From contig VRVR01000033.1 in the NCBI GenBank assembly GCA_009859145.1, forward strand, positions 62,001 to 126,000: a DNA stretch of 64,000 bases, given 5' to 3'. Origin of the DNA: Andalucia godoyi And28 (taxonomy: Eukaryota; Protista; Jakobida). Made by a program: the position numbers and the translations under genes. Shown piece after piece: positions 1 to 8,945 of this stretch. The notes under the pieces were generated by a model. The model was given only the letters and a program-made list of their open reading frames with translations, was not told the origin of the DNA and searched no databases. Each line of letters opens with the position of its first letter. The first letter of the stretch is position 1.

Positions 1-1
1 A

Positions 2-1648
2 TCTCAGTTCTGGATCACTGTCAGGCTCAGCAATGCCACCGCGAATGCCACCCAATATGTGACGACGGTGGTGGCAGGGCAAGCGGTATCCTTTGTTGTC
101 GTTTCGATCCCTTCCGCCTGGCCCTCTCGGTTCAATGCGTCGGTGAACGTGAAGAGTGTGAACGGGGCGGGTCTTTCGTCTCCCCAGTCCAATAGTCTGC
201 TGTTCGAATTCCGCCGCCCGTCTGCTCTTCCGGACGCACCGACAGACGTACAAGCTGCTCGAAATGGAAATCGGCTAGGTATCTATTGGACGGCGCCATC
301 CTTCACGGGTTCCACACCGATCCTGAAATTCTGTGTCGAAGTTTACTCGCGCTCGTGGTCCGATCAGTACTCCCTGCGCAATGGCTGCATTCCTGCTGCT
401 TCGTCCGCTACATCCGTGAATACGACACTGAGCAAACCAGGAACCCAAATGATTGTCCGTGTTTCTGCTGTGAACAGCAACGGTACGAGCTCCTGGAGTC
501 TGCCTGCGTACTTTAGTGTCCCGGCGAACGTTCCGAGCGAGCCTCCTTTTGTTGGTGCCTTTATTTTTTCTGCGGGGAATGTGACGATAACTTGGAGTAA
601 GCCCGTTTCGGATGGAGGGGCACCACTTGTGAATTACACTGTACTGTGGAGACTTCTTTCTCCAAATGTCTCCGTTTCGTATTCTTCAGTTGTGGTTCCT
701 GCGACCTTGACGTCCACGGATGTATCGTTCTCCAGCAATTCGTCTTATACCTACGAAGTTAAGGTGGCATGCAGCAGTTCTGCAGGAACGAGCAACTACT
801 CTTCCCCGATTCAAGTGTCCAGCAAGGATCTTGGACTCGGCGTGGATCTGTCTCCATCCACGATCTTTGCCCTTCCGCCACTGTCGATTTTTCGGGCTGA
901 GGAGGGTGTACCAAAAACATTAGACGGAGCATCGATTGCACTGACCGTGAAGCCAAACACGTTCGCGTCTCCGATTCGTTTTTCCGTGCTTGTGCCAACA
1001 GTTTTGAATGGAGCAATCTCGCAAGGCGTCAACCCCAACACCACGCTCCCGACCTTCGCGAACAGCAGCACATCGTTCACCGGCCTCACATTGTTCGTCT
1101 CTGCGACTTCTCAGTCATCTGGCCAGAAGGTGCAGCCGTCCGTCCCGATTCCCTTTTCCATTGGTATCTCGAAGAACTTTAGCAAGTCCGTTGCTAACGC
1201 AAACGGTACTTTTGTGATGATGTTTTTCGAGAATGGAACTTGGATCCAAACCTCCAAGGCTTGCCCATCTAATTTCTCGAAAGTCGTCACGTCCGCAGTC
1301 GACATTTCGCTGAATCTCTGCCATTTCACACAGTTTGCTCTGTTTGTGACGTATCCAGCAGCAGCCAATGCAACGTCCTCGCCACAAATCCCAGATGTCA
1401 AAACCGACACGACTGGCGATTCCTCCTCATCCAATCTGTCTGCAGACGAAATCATCATAATCGCCGTCGTGTGCTCCGTCGTGTTTGTCGCCGGTGTCAT
1501 TGCGGGTATCTGCTTGCTGTCACGCCGTCGCAGATCCGCATCCCTGAAGCTGCTTCCGCAGTCCATGCAGCAATGCGCGGTTCCGGAAGTTTCAAACCCG
1601 TTGCAAACGGCTCCCCTTAATCCAGTCGCACGCACTCGCCGGGATTAA
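2..1648 (+). CDS. Fibronectin type III repeat, single-pass type I membrane protein (5' end outside window)
   Basis: The frame is open from base 2 (SQFWITVRLSN...). FN3 hallmarks recur (P..P..V, W..P, Y..RV.A.N..G.S: LPDAPTDV, IYWTAP, VRVSAVNSNGTSSWS, VPSEPP, ITWSKPVSDGG). There are many N-x-S/T sequons and a hydrophobic helix IIIIAVVCSVVFVAGVIAGICLL followed by RRRR. Confidence 0.8.
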   Translation, partial: SQFWITVRLSNATANATQYVTTVVAGQAVSFVVVSIPSAWPSRFNASVNVKSVNGAGLSSPQSNSLLFEFRRPSALPDAPTDVQAARNGNRLGIYWTAPSFTGSTPILKFCVEVYSRSWSDQYSLRNGCIPAASSATSVNTTLSKPGTQMIVRVSAVNSNGTSSWSLPAYFSVPANVPSEPPFVGAFIFSAGNVTITWSKPVSDGGAPLVNYTVLWRLLSPNVSVSYSSVVVPATLTSTDVSFSSNSSYTYEVKVACSSSAGTSNYSSPIQVSSKDLGLGVDLSPSTIFALPPLSIFRAEEGVPKTLDGASIALTVKPNTFASPIRFSVLVPTVLNGAISQGVNPNTTLPTFANSSTSFTGLTLFVSATSQSSGQKVQPSVPIPFSIGISKNFSKSVANANGTFVMMFFENGTWIQTSKACPSNFSKVVTSAVDISLNLCHFTQFALFVTYPAAANATSSPQIPDVKTDTTGDSSSSNLSADEIIIIAVVCSVVFVAGVIAGICLLSRRRRSASLKLLPQSMQQCAVPEVSNPLQTAPLNPVARTRRD

Positions 1649-1757
1649 AGGGCGCATCTCAAGGGGGAAAGATTTGGTAGGATGTACGGCAATTTTTCTC
1701 GTAAAGCTCAACATTCAATATGATACTGCGGATGTTTTGGTCGCCTTCCAAAATGTG

Positions 1758-1789
<32 letters not shown>

Positions 1790-1980
1790 CCCACGATATG
1801 CATAAGAAGCGGAGGGACCGGGGTTTGGAAATGCATTTGTTGACTGGCTGTTGTAGTGTTTGGTCCTGGGGATGTGCAGAGAAGCAAACACAGCAGGCGG
1901 CCTGAAATTCAAACAAGACGCAATTCTGACGGGAGAAGATGTAATGAAGGAAAAGACAAGAAGATAAAAAAAGAAAGCAG

Positions 1981-4392
1981 ATGAGACGAGTGATGCATCA
2001 CGCTTTGATTGTGCTGCTGCTGTTGGTCCATACAGCATTTGCACAGGACTTTCTGACTCTCGTTCCCCAGCGATTCTTCTTCGACCCTTTGCTAACGGCG
2101 CAACCTCCGATTATTCCCCGATTGCACGTCGCGAGCAACACAGTGCGCCAAGTTGGCACATCTTCTCACTTCGTGATCATCACGAACACGTCGATTCTCC
2201 TCGTTGATGAGTCCTCCTCCCCTGGAATCAAGGACATTTCGTCTGTCTTGCTCGGCCCTGACAGGGTTTGCGTTGGGGGTGCTGTTTCGGTGGAGCAATA
2301 CTACCTCACCGGGCAAAAGGATGCGTTTGTGTATGCAGATTCATGCCGAGTCTGTCTTTGCCGCTCCGTCTCCTTTCTCTGCAAATGCACTGCATTTACA
2401 CAGACGATCATTGGGGCCGTGAAATCGGTTTCCTATGCATATGCAGTCGACTACGGCATGCTGATCGCTGATCGTGGTCTGTTTTCGTTCACCTTTGCGA
2501 ATCCAGAGCCGGTGTCCATACCGCTGTTCACTCCGACGAATGATGTTGCGCATGCTGTGACGTTTGCTCCTGCTGTGAATTCTTCGTCTTCTCGGACTCT
2601 GTTTTTTGTGGGCACGTCTGCGAATCTGTATACTTTTGAGGCATTCAATCCAGCTTGGTTGCGCAGAGACTACGTTAACGGAATCATCGACGCTTCCATT
2701 AATTCTTTATCCATCGATCCACTGCGGCGTCTGTGGATCGGAACAGGCGAAGCTGTGAATGTTTTACACATTGATTTGTACTTTTTGGAGAGAGTTGATT
2801 GGAACCAAGGTCTTTCGGTTGGGCAAGTCACCACTGTTGTTGCCACCAACGATTTTGTCATGGTTGGGGGACCGCAAGGCGTTTCTTTTCATCCATATTC
2901 CAACGATTATTGCGCAGGAACAATCTCTCCGTTCGGTAAACTTGTCTTCGAAGCAGAAGACATGGACTCGATTCGGTGGGTCAACTATGACGAGACTTGT
3001 TGGGTGTACATTGCAAGTCTCCGCTGGCTGCCGGATAACAGTGTCGTGCGATCTGCAGCAATGGCGGACGGGTCTGTCCTCGTCACCACGCAGACTGGTG
3101 TTTCTCATTTTTCACTGGTGCCGGACACCTGGAAAGCAAAGTCGTCCGATTACCTGTCACAGGTGTCCGCTCGACACAACCGCTTCGGCCTTGTTGCGAT
3201 GTGTCAAATGTCTGGATTTGGAGTCGTTGATTCGTGCAGACCACAGCCAAATGACAATGACGGCCTCTGGACGTCTCTGATGGTGGCCTCCGAAGTCTTG
3301 ATCACCGTCTCCACACGGTCGACCACTGCGCCCCCTGCTCTCGTGTCTGCATTCGAAGCAATGAAAAAGCTGGTAACCGTTACCGGAATCAAGGGACTCA
3401 TGGCGCGTTCGTTTGACCTGGTATCCAATCCTGGCCACGATCCGAACAATCACTGGTACAACTCGACTTCACAGCCAGGCTGGGCTTTCAAGGCGGATGC
3501 CTCTTCCGATGAGGTCACAGGCCATATGTTTGCACACACTCTTGTTGCTGACTACCTGTCGACGATCAATGCTACGCTCGCGCAAGAAGCAGCCGATATT
3601 CTTGTCCAGATCGCCGGGTACATTGTTTCGAACAAGTTCTACCTTGTGGATGTCACTGGCAAGCCGACTAAATGGGGTGTGTGGGATCCGGCCCTGATTA
3701 ACAATGTTCCCTTTTGGTATGACGGGAGGGGCTTGAACTCACTCCAAATGCTGGCGTGGTGTCTGGTCGGTCTAAAACATTCTGGAGATGACATGTTTGT
3801 GGATGCCATACAGTTCCTCGTTGATTCGGGGCAGTACGATGTCAATATTTTGAACACGATGGTCACCGTCCCAGAAGATTACAATCACTCCGATGACGAA
3901 CTGACGTTTTGGAATTACGTGACGTTCGCACATGGGTTGCATGAAAACCCGTACCTCTCAAGGGTTCCGTCACATCTACGTTCCTATTTCTTCCAGTCGC
4001 TTATTCGATCCTACCGCTTCATCAATCGCGAAAAGCCATCCTTGTACACTGCAATGTTTTACTACATGTTTGATTTGCTGCAGGAACCGGTGCCTCGCTA
4101 CATGGATCGAAATGAGCATCTTGCTGCTGCGCGCTCCAAGCTTGCGCGATATCCGCGAGATCTGGTCGATTGGCCGTTGGACGAAACACTGCGCATCGAT
4201 GTGCGAATTGACTATCGAAGGGATCGCGACAACAGACTGCAAAGCGCCTATGCTTTCGATTCGGAGACCCGTTCGTGTCTATGGTGGAATTGTAGTCCAT
4301 TTGAGCTGACCGGCGGCTCGGGCACTGGTGAGGATGCAGGGACGGTCTGGTTGCTGCCTTTCTCGTTTGGCCTCGTTTACGGATACTGGTAA
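1981..4392 (+). CDS. Secreted protein with N-terminal beta-propeller-like region and C-terminal helical (alpha/alpha-barrel-like) domain; bacterial-type uncharacterised family
   Basis: 803-aa ORF with a signal peptide (HALIVLLLLVHTAFA). Propeller-like repeats (SINSLSIDPLRRLWIGT, VTTVVATNDFVMVGGPQG). C-terminal motifs NDNDGLWTS, VTGIKGLMARS, DASSDEVTGH, TKWGVW, RGLNSLQ, NHSDDEL and WLLPFSFG. Confidence 0.7.
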   Translation: MRRVMHHALIVLLLLVHTAFAQDFLTLVPQRFFFDPLLTAQPPIIPRLHVASNTVRQVGTSSHFVIITNTSILLVDESSSPGIKDISSVLLGPDRVCVGGAVSVEQYYLTGQKDAFVYADSCRVCLCRSVSFLCKCTAFTQTIIGAVKSVSYAYAVDYGMLIADRGLFSFTFANPEPVSIPLFTPTNDVAHAVTFAPAVNSSSSRTLFFVGTSANLYTFEAFNPAWLRRDYVNGIIDASINSLSIDPLRRLWIGTGEAVNVLHIDLYFLERVDWNQGLSVGQVTTVVATNDFVMVGGPQGVSFHPYSNDYCAGTISPFGKLVFEAEDMDSIRWVNYDETCWVYIASLRWLPDNSVVRSAAMADGSVLVTTQTGVSHFSLVPDTWKAKSSDYLSQVSARHNRFGLVAMCQMSGFGVVDSCRPQPNDNDGLWTSLMVASEVLITVSTRSTTAPPALVSAFEAMKKLVTVTGIKGLMARSFDLVSNPGHDPNNHWYNSTSQPGWAFKADASSDEVTGHMFAHTLVADYLSTINATLAQEAADILVQIAGYIVSNKFYLVDVTGKPTKWGVWDPALINNVPFWYDGRGLNSLQMLAWCLVGLKHSGDDMFVDAIQFLVDSGQYDVNILNTMVTVPEDYNHSDDELTFWNYVTFAHGLHENPYLSRVPSHLRSYFFQSLIRSYRFINREKPSLYTAMFYYMFDLLQEPVPRYMDRNEHLAAARSKLARYPRDLVDWPLDETLRIDVRIDYRRDRDNRLQSAYAFDSETRSCLWWNCSPFELTGGSGTGEDAGTVWLLPFSFGLVYGYW

Positions 4393-5091
4393 GGGGTCGT
4401 TCGACCGCTGCGTCTGTTTGGGCACTTGCGTGCAATTTGCAAAGCAAAAATAAAATAAAATAAAATAAAATAAATAGAATTGGAGTGACCGGCGCTGGAT
4501 GCTATGAACTCCTTTCCGTGCGACAGGCGATTTAATGACGATGCAGTAAAGCACTTGATCTCGTGCTTTCGCTGCTTTCTCAGCTTGCCACGCGGCAGCT
4601 CATACGCTGAAATAGTGTTGCACACTTTTTTCTTGCGGTGATGCCTTTTCGGTCAAAACCTGGCACTTGCCTTCAATGACGAATCCGTAGGCTCGCTCGA
4701 GAAAGCAACAATATGCAAAGAACCGCACGTTTCTGTGACACTGGGGCGGAAGAATGCATTTTGAAACACTGGGCGATATTCTGTTCACTCTTTCTCCCAA
4801 GCGTAAACATATCAAGTAAGGTCAGGTTTCCCATAACCCGGTTCTGCCTCTCCCCCATTGGTGATGTTCCCAAATGCTGTGATGCTTGGTAATCTTCATC
4901 TGTCTTCGGCTCAGCTCCCTACTGTGGACCAGCCCGCTCCGACTGCCACACAAGCAAGAAGGACTGAAGACAAATATTCTGTGCCGCCGAACATCGCCGT
5001 CCCTTCTAGATACTGTTTGTTCAAGCATGCGCGTATGCGTGCTTGAACGGTCTCAAAAATCTTTATTTAGAGCACTTCGCGAGAATAGCCG

Positions 5092-5122
<31 letters not shown>

Positions 5123-5231
5123 TCTCCTTTTTTTGAGCCTTTTCCATACGTTTTGAGCGCCTGCATCATACACTGAACATGCATATGTATACGAATAGAC
5201 ATGCATATTCAATCTTGCATCCCGTTGCCGC

Positions 5232-5280
5232 GAAGGGGATAGGCCCCCCAACACGACTCTCGGCGTTCTTCAGATAAATG
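5232..5280 (+). repeat. Short member of dispersed repeat family (hairpin/AACACG core)
   Basis: gaaggggataggccccccaacacgactctcggcgttcttcagataaatg matches 25662-25718 gaaggggggtaggccccaacacgcccctcggc[atgagaga]cgttcctaagatagatg. Confidence 0.6.
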
Positions 5281-5920
5281 CTTCGCGCTCCGTCCCCAAT
5301 CTCGATCAATCGGTGAGCCACTTTCTCAGCGTGACACGTTGTTCCTGAGAAGGGTGCATTTTTGATTCTGACGGCCCTAGCAGCAGGCGCTTTCGTGTCC
5401 TCAGTTGCAGCGATTGATGCAACTGGAGATACGAGAGGAAGAGGCGGTAGGAAGACGGTGGGGTTTTGCGACTGCGACTGCGCCTGGTGCATTCGTAGCA
5501 GAAAACCACGAGTTCTGCAAGAGACGGTCCCTGAGGTTTCTGCATGGGGTTGGCTGCCCTGCGTGCTGGGGATTGGTGATCGTGTCTTGGGAGGTTCGCC
5601 TCTTGGCAGTGCGCTGAGCGAATGATGGGTGGCTACGGATGTTGCGTCAGTATTGACCGTTTCTGTTTATGTATGCTTTCCTTCCGTATGCATGGCAATG
5701 ACGCGTTATTATTCAACGGTGCGTTTGCTTGGTCTTTTCTTTCTTTTGATGTCGACGTTCGCGTCGTGGGAAAAGAAAGAACGTCTTTGGGGATTTCTTT
5801 TTTCTTTTTTCTTTCTTTTTCTTGTTTTAAAGTTGATTATTGGCATTGTTGCTGACGAGATATGTAAAGAATCTTCCCGAGTATTGCAATGCTCATGTCC
5901 AATGCCTTATCTGTTGCAAT

Positions 5921-7636
5921 TCAAGAAAAGAAACGGGAGGCTGTGATAGTGAAAGCAGGAACGTCGCGGGGCCCAAAAAAGTGTCGATGGCCGATTTTCA
6001 CAGGAGAGTTGGATACGGGCGAGTTGATGCTCGTTTGTGGTGGAGAATGGTCTACAAAACTGCTTTTTGAAGGCAGCATATAAGAGTCATCGGCGTCGTG
6101 CAGGGTTTGCACAGAGATCAAATCAGGCTCTGCAGACTCGTCCACAATTGTCACAGACGTTTCGTACGAACTGCAGACCGACCCGCTGGAGAATCCCCGT
6201 TCGGAGCGGACACGATGCGAGCTCCTGGTGCAGGGAGACATCGAATGGATGTTGCCCCAGCCCTGGAGAGGGCTCGACATCTCCTCGTAGTCTTCGGTGA
6301 CACTCTCAATGACTTGAAGGCTGTCCTCGTCCTTTGCAAAGGACGCAAGAGACGAGTTTTTGAGCCTTCTCCATACGTTTTGAGAATGAATCTGGCATCC
6401 TGCGCGGTGCTCCTCCGGCAACGTGGACATCAGTTCCGTCCTGTATGTGTCAAACGACCGTCGGCGAGATGCCAAGACATCTCTCCGTAAAGCATTGACG
6501 CTTGAAGAACTGCGTCGACGACGAACCAGGGGCGAACCGGGTCCATTCTGTGCACGGGCCTGCTGACTGCCGTGCAGTGGAGACGGCGGACTGTCCGTGC
6601 TGGGCTTCGCAAGCAAATCCTTCCTTTTGTTTTCCATCCGTTCCATCTTTTCTTGGTGGATAGAGAATGAACGGGGAGCTCGGAGCTCAGGGGGCGAGTC
6701 CTTTGGCAGATCGGACAACGATCGCAATCTAGTCGGAGACGCAGGGATCGGAGAACCCGGCGCAGGCATGAAACCCGAGGTACGCTTTGAGGCATCCGAG
6801 TTTAGCTTCTCAGACTCCGACAACGACTCGAGAATCGGAAGCGGTTTGACGACACTCGCAGGCGGAGTTCCGGGAATTGCTCCGCTTCCTCCCAGGAACG
6901 ATGGACGCACCACGAGTGTTGCTGTGTCGACTTTGACTGGAACATCGATGTGCAACGGCGAACTCACCCTTGATCGCAGCGACAGACCTCTGTTGGCAGA
7001 GAATATAATTGAATTCGACACAAAGGTCGCCGGACTGGAATCCATGCCGGCCGAGCTAACATTGTCCGTGGACTTTAGATTCTCGCCTCTCTTCTCTATG
7101 AGTGCCGTGTGAGAAAGAACGACATTCCGAGTCGTTCTCGGCTGCGGCTGCTCTGCCACTGGACCTCCCACGAGCTTGCGGGTGATCGTTGCACATCGCG
7201 CATCATCATTCGTGTTGCAGCTGTTGCTACTGCTATTGTTGTTATTATTGTTGGTGGAGTTGTTCTTATAATTAGTACCAATCCGGCTGGGATTTGCATA
7301 GATCTGGCTGGTAGAGTCAGCACTGCGATTATGCATTGCGGAAGGAGTGTCGAAGACTCCGCGATGGCTTCCTATCTTCGGAAGCGCGGTTGGGATGGGC
7401 GAAGATGTTCCGGCAGACGCTGCGACAACAACCGACGGAGTCTGGGAATTAGATCGCGGTCTGCAAAGCGCTGAGATCGATCTGCCAGAGCTGCACTGAT
7501 TTGGAAGGCTTTTGCGCGATGCTGTTGTCCCCGAATACACGGTGGTCGGCGAACTGCTTCTTCCTACTTCCTGGTCAGCCACAGATTTTCGAGAAACAGG
7601 GCTCTGTGACCTGCCCTTTGAAGGATTGCATCCCAT
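5921..7636 (-). CDS. Ser/Pro/Arg-rich low-complexity protein with predicted N-myristoylation/palmitoylation
   Basis: 571-aa ORF starting MGCNPSK (Gly2, Cys3, Ser6). Contains a poly-Asn tract. No recognisable folded domain. Confidence 0.7.
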   Translation of the reverse strand: MGCNPSKGRSQSPVSRKSVADQEVGRSSSPTTVYSGTTASRKSLPNQCSSGRSISALCRPRSNSQTPSVVVAASAGTSSPIPTALPKIGSHRGVFDTPSAMHNRSADSTSQIYANPSRIGTNYKNNSTNNNNNNSSSNSCNTNDDARCATITRKLVGGPVAEQPQPRTTRNVVLSHTALIEKRGENLKSTDNVSSAGMDSSPATFVSNSIIFSANRGLSLRSRVSSPLHIDVPVKVDTATLVVRPSFLGGSGAIPGTPPASVVKPLPILESLSESEKLNSDASKRTSGFMPAPGSPIPASPTRLRSLSDLPKDSPPELRAPRSFSIHQEKMERMENKRKDLLAKPSTDSPPSPLHGSQQARAQNGPGSPLVRRRRSSSSVNALRRDVLASRRRSFDTYRTELMSTLPEEHRAGCQIHSQNVWRRLKNSSLASFAKDEDSLQVIESVTEDYEEMSSPLQGWGNIHSMSPCTRSSHRVRSERGFSSGSVCSSYETSVTIVDESAEPDLISVQTLHDADDSYMLPSKSSFVDHSPPQTSINSPVSNSPVKIGHRHFFGPRDVPAFTITASRFFS

Positions 7637-8945
7637 GTAGGGCTCGACCGATTTTGAGTCCAGAATGGTTGATACAGATCAGTGCTCGACGAAGAGCAGC
7701 AAGCAAGCAAGCGTCAAAATAATTTCACTTTCACAAAAAAAAAAGGTGGGGGGAAGGGGAAAGAATCAGACGGCGTTATTCTCGAACGGCCAAGAGGAAA
7801 AGAGGATCGTCGAATTGCGTGTGAATAAAGAATTTGAATGGGAGGACGAAAACCAGTTTCCTAGAGGAGGAGGACGGAAACCTTGAAAAACGAAACTGCA
7901 TCGGACAACGCGGATCGGGAAGCTTGGAAAAGGGTTTTCACATCCGGAGCGTGAGCACCCAGTGATTCGCGATGGATCGAGGAGCGCAGCAGATGCATTG
8001 AAAAGGATGTACCAGTATCGACAGCGTGCAAGAGTCTGCTCGCAGAAGTCGTTATCATGCAAGCAGGAACATCGACACGCTGAATTTGGGTTCAGTAACC
8101 GCGCCCTCCAATCAACAGCGCAGCCCGAACGGCCGAGCAGATTGGATGGCAAAACATCAGATGATTTACTTGTCCTTGTGAAGGGCCGCACAAGCAGATC
8201 TGTACAAATGACTTGCGTGTTTGTAAGCGGGCCGCCGTCGATCATACCATATAAGGCAGTATTACACGCAAGCTGCCTACTCGGCTCATGCAGACTGTAC
8301 CGAACCGTATGCAAGCAATAAATTGCATGCAGGAGTTCGGCCCCTGCGAGCAGAATGAAGAACAAGTGACGGGTCCGTCGCCGAAAAGAGGTATGTCGCC
8401 GTCTCCAACAAAACATGCACGAGACAGGACTGACGTTCGCCAGAGCAACCCGGGCAAACTGGGGCCTTTTGGTGCACATGCCATCATCCAAAATCCAAAA
8501 GGGCTGCGTGACAATGATCCATCGCAGGCGGAAAAGAAAAGGAAGAAAAAGGAAAGAACACATGGACGGCGAACTGGGCGCGAAAAAGTGGAACCGCCAG
8601 CGTCTCTTGGTGCACGCATTACGCGCAATTTCTGTTTGACCACTTTGTGTAGCCCGGGGGGCGTCAAGCGGAGTGCGAGACGCGAAGCAAGACCCGGGTG
8701 CTTGTTGAACTCCGGCGATCCTCCGTCATCACCGCGTCACTGCTGCTTGAGCAAGTGGGTGCTCCCACGCAGTCCTGCACATCCATCATTGTACTGCGCG
8801 TGCGGAGAGGACGTGGACTCGCGCGCCCACTTTGGCATGCGGTGTTTTTGAAAGGAAAAAGGACTACAACAACACAACAAACAACAGCAACAAACAACAG
8901 GCAACAAGTAAGTGCGAGTGTGCGGGTGGTTGGTAAACCCGTTTG

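Noticed and set aside
4450-5060. Several 60-80 aa ORFs that might be a fragmented pseudogene
   Set aside because: No frame yields a recognisable protein; cannot be supported.
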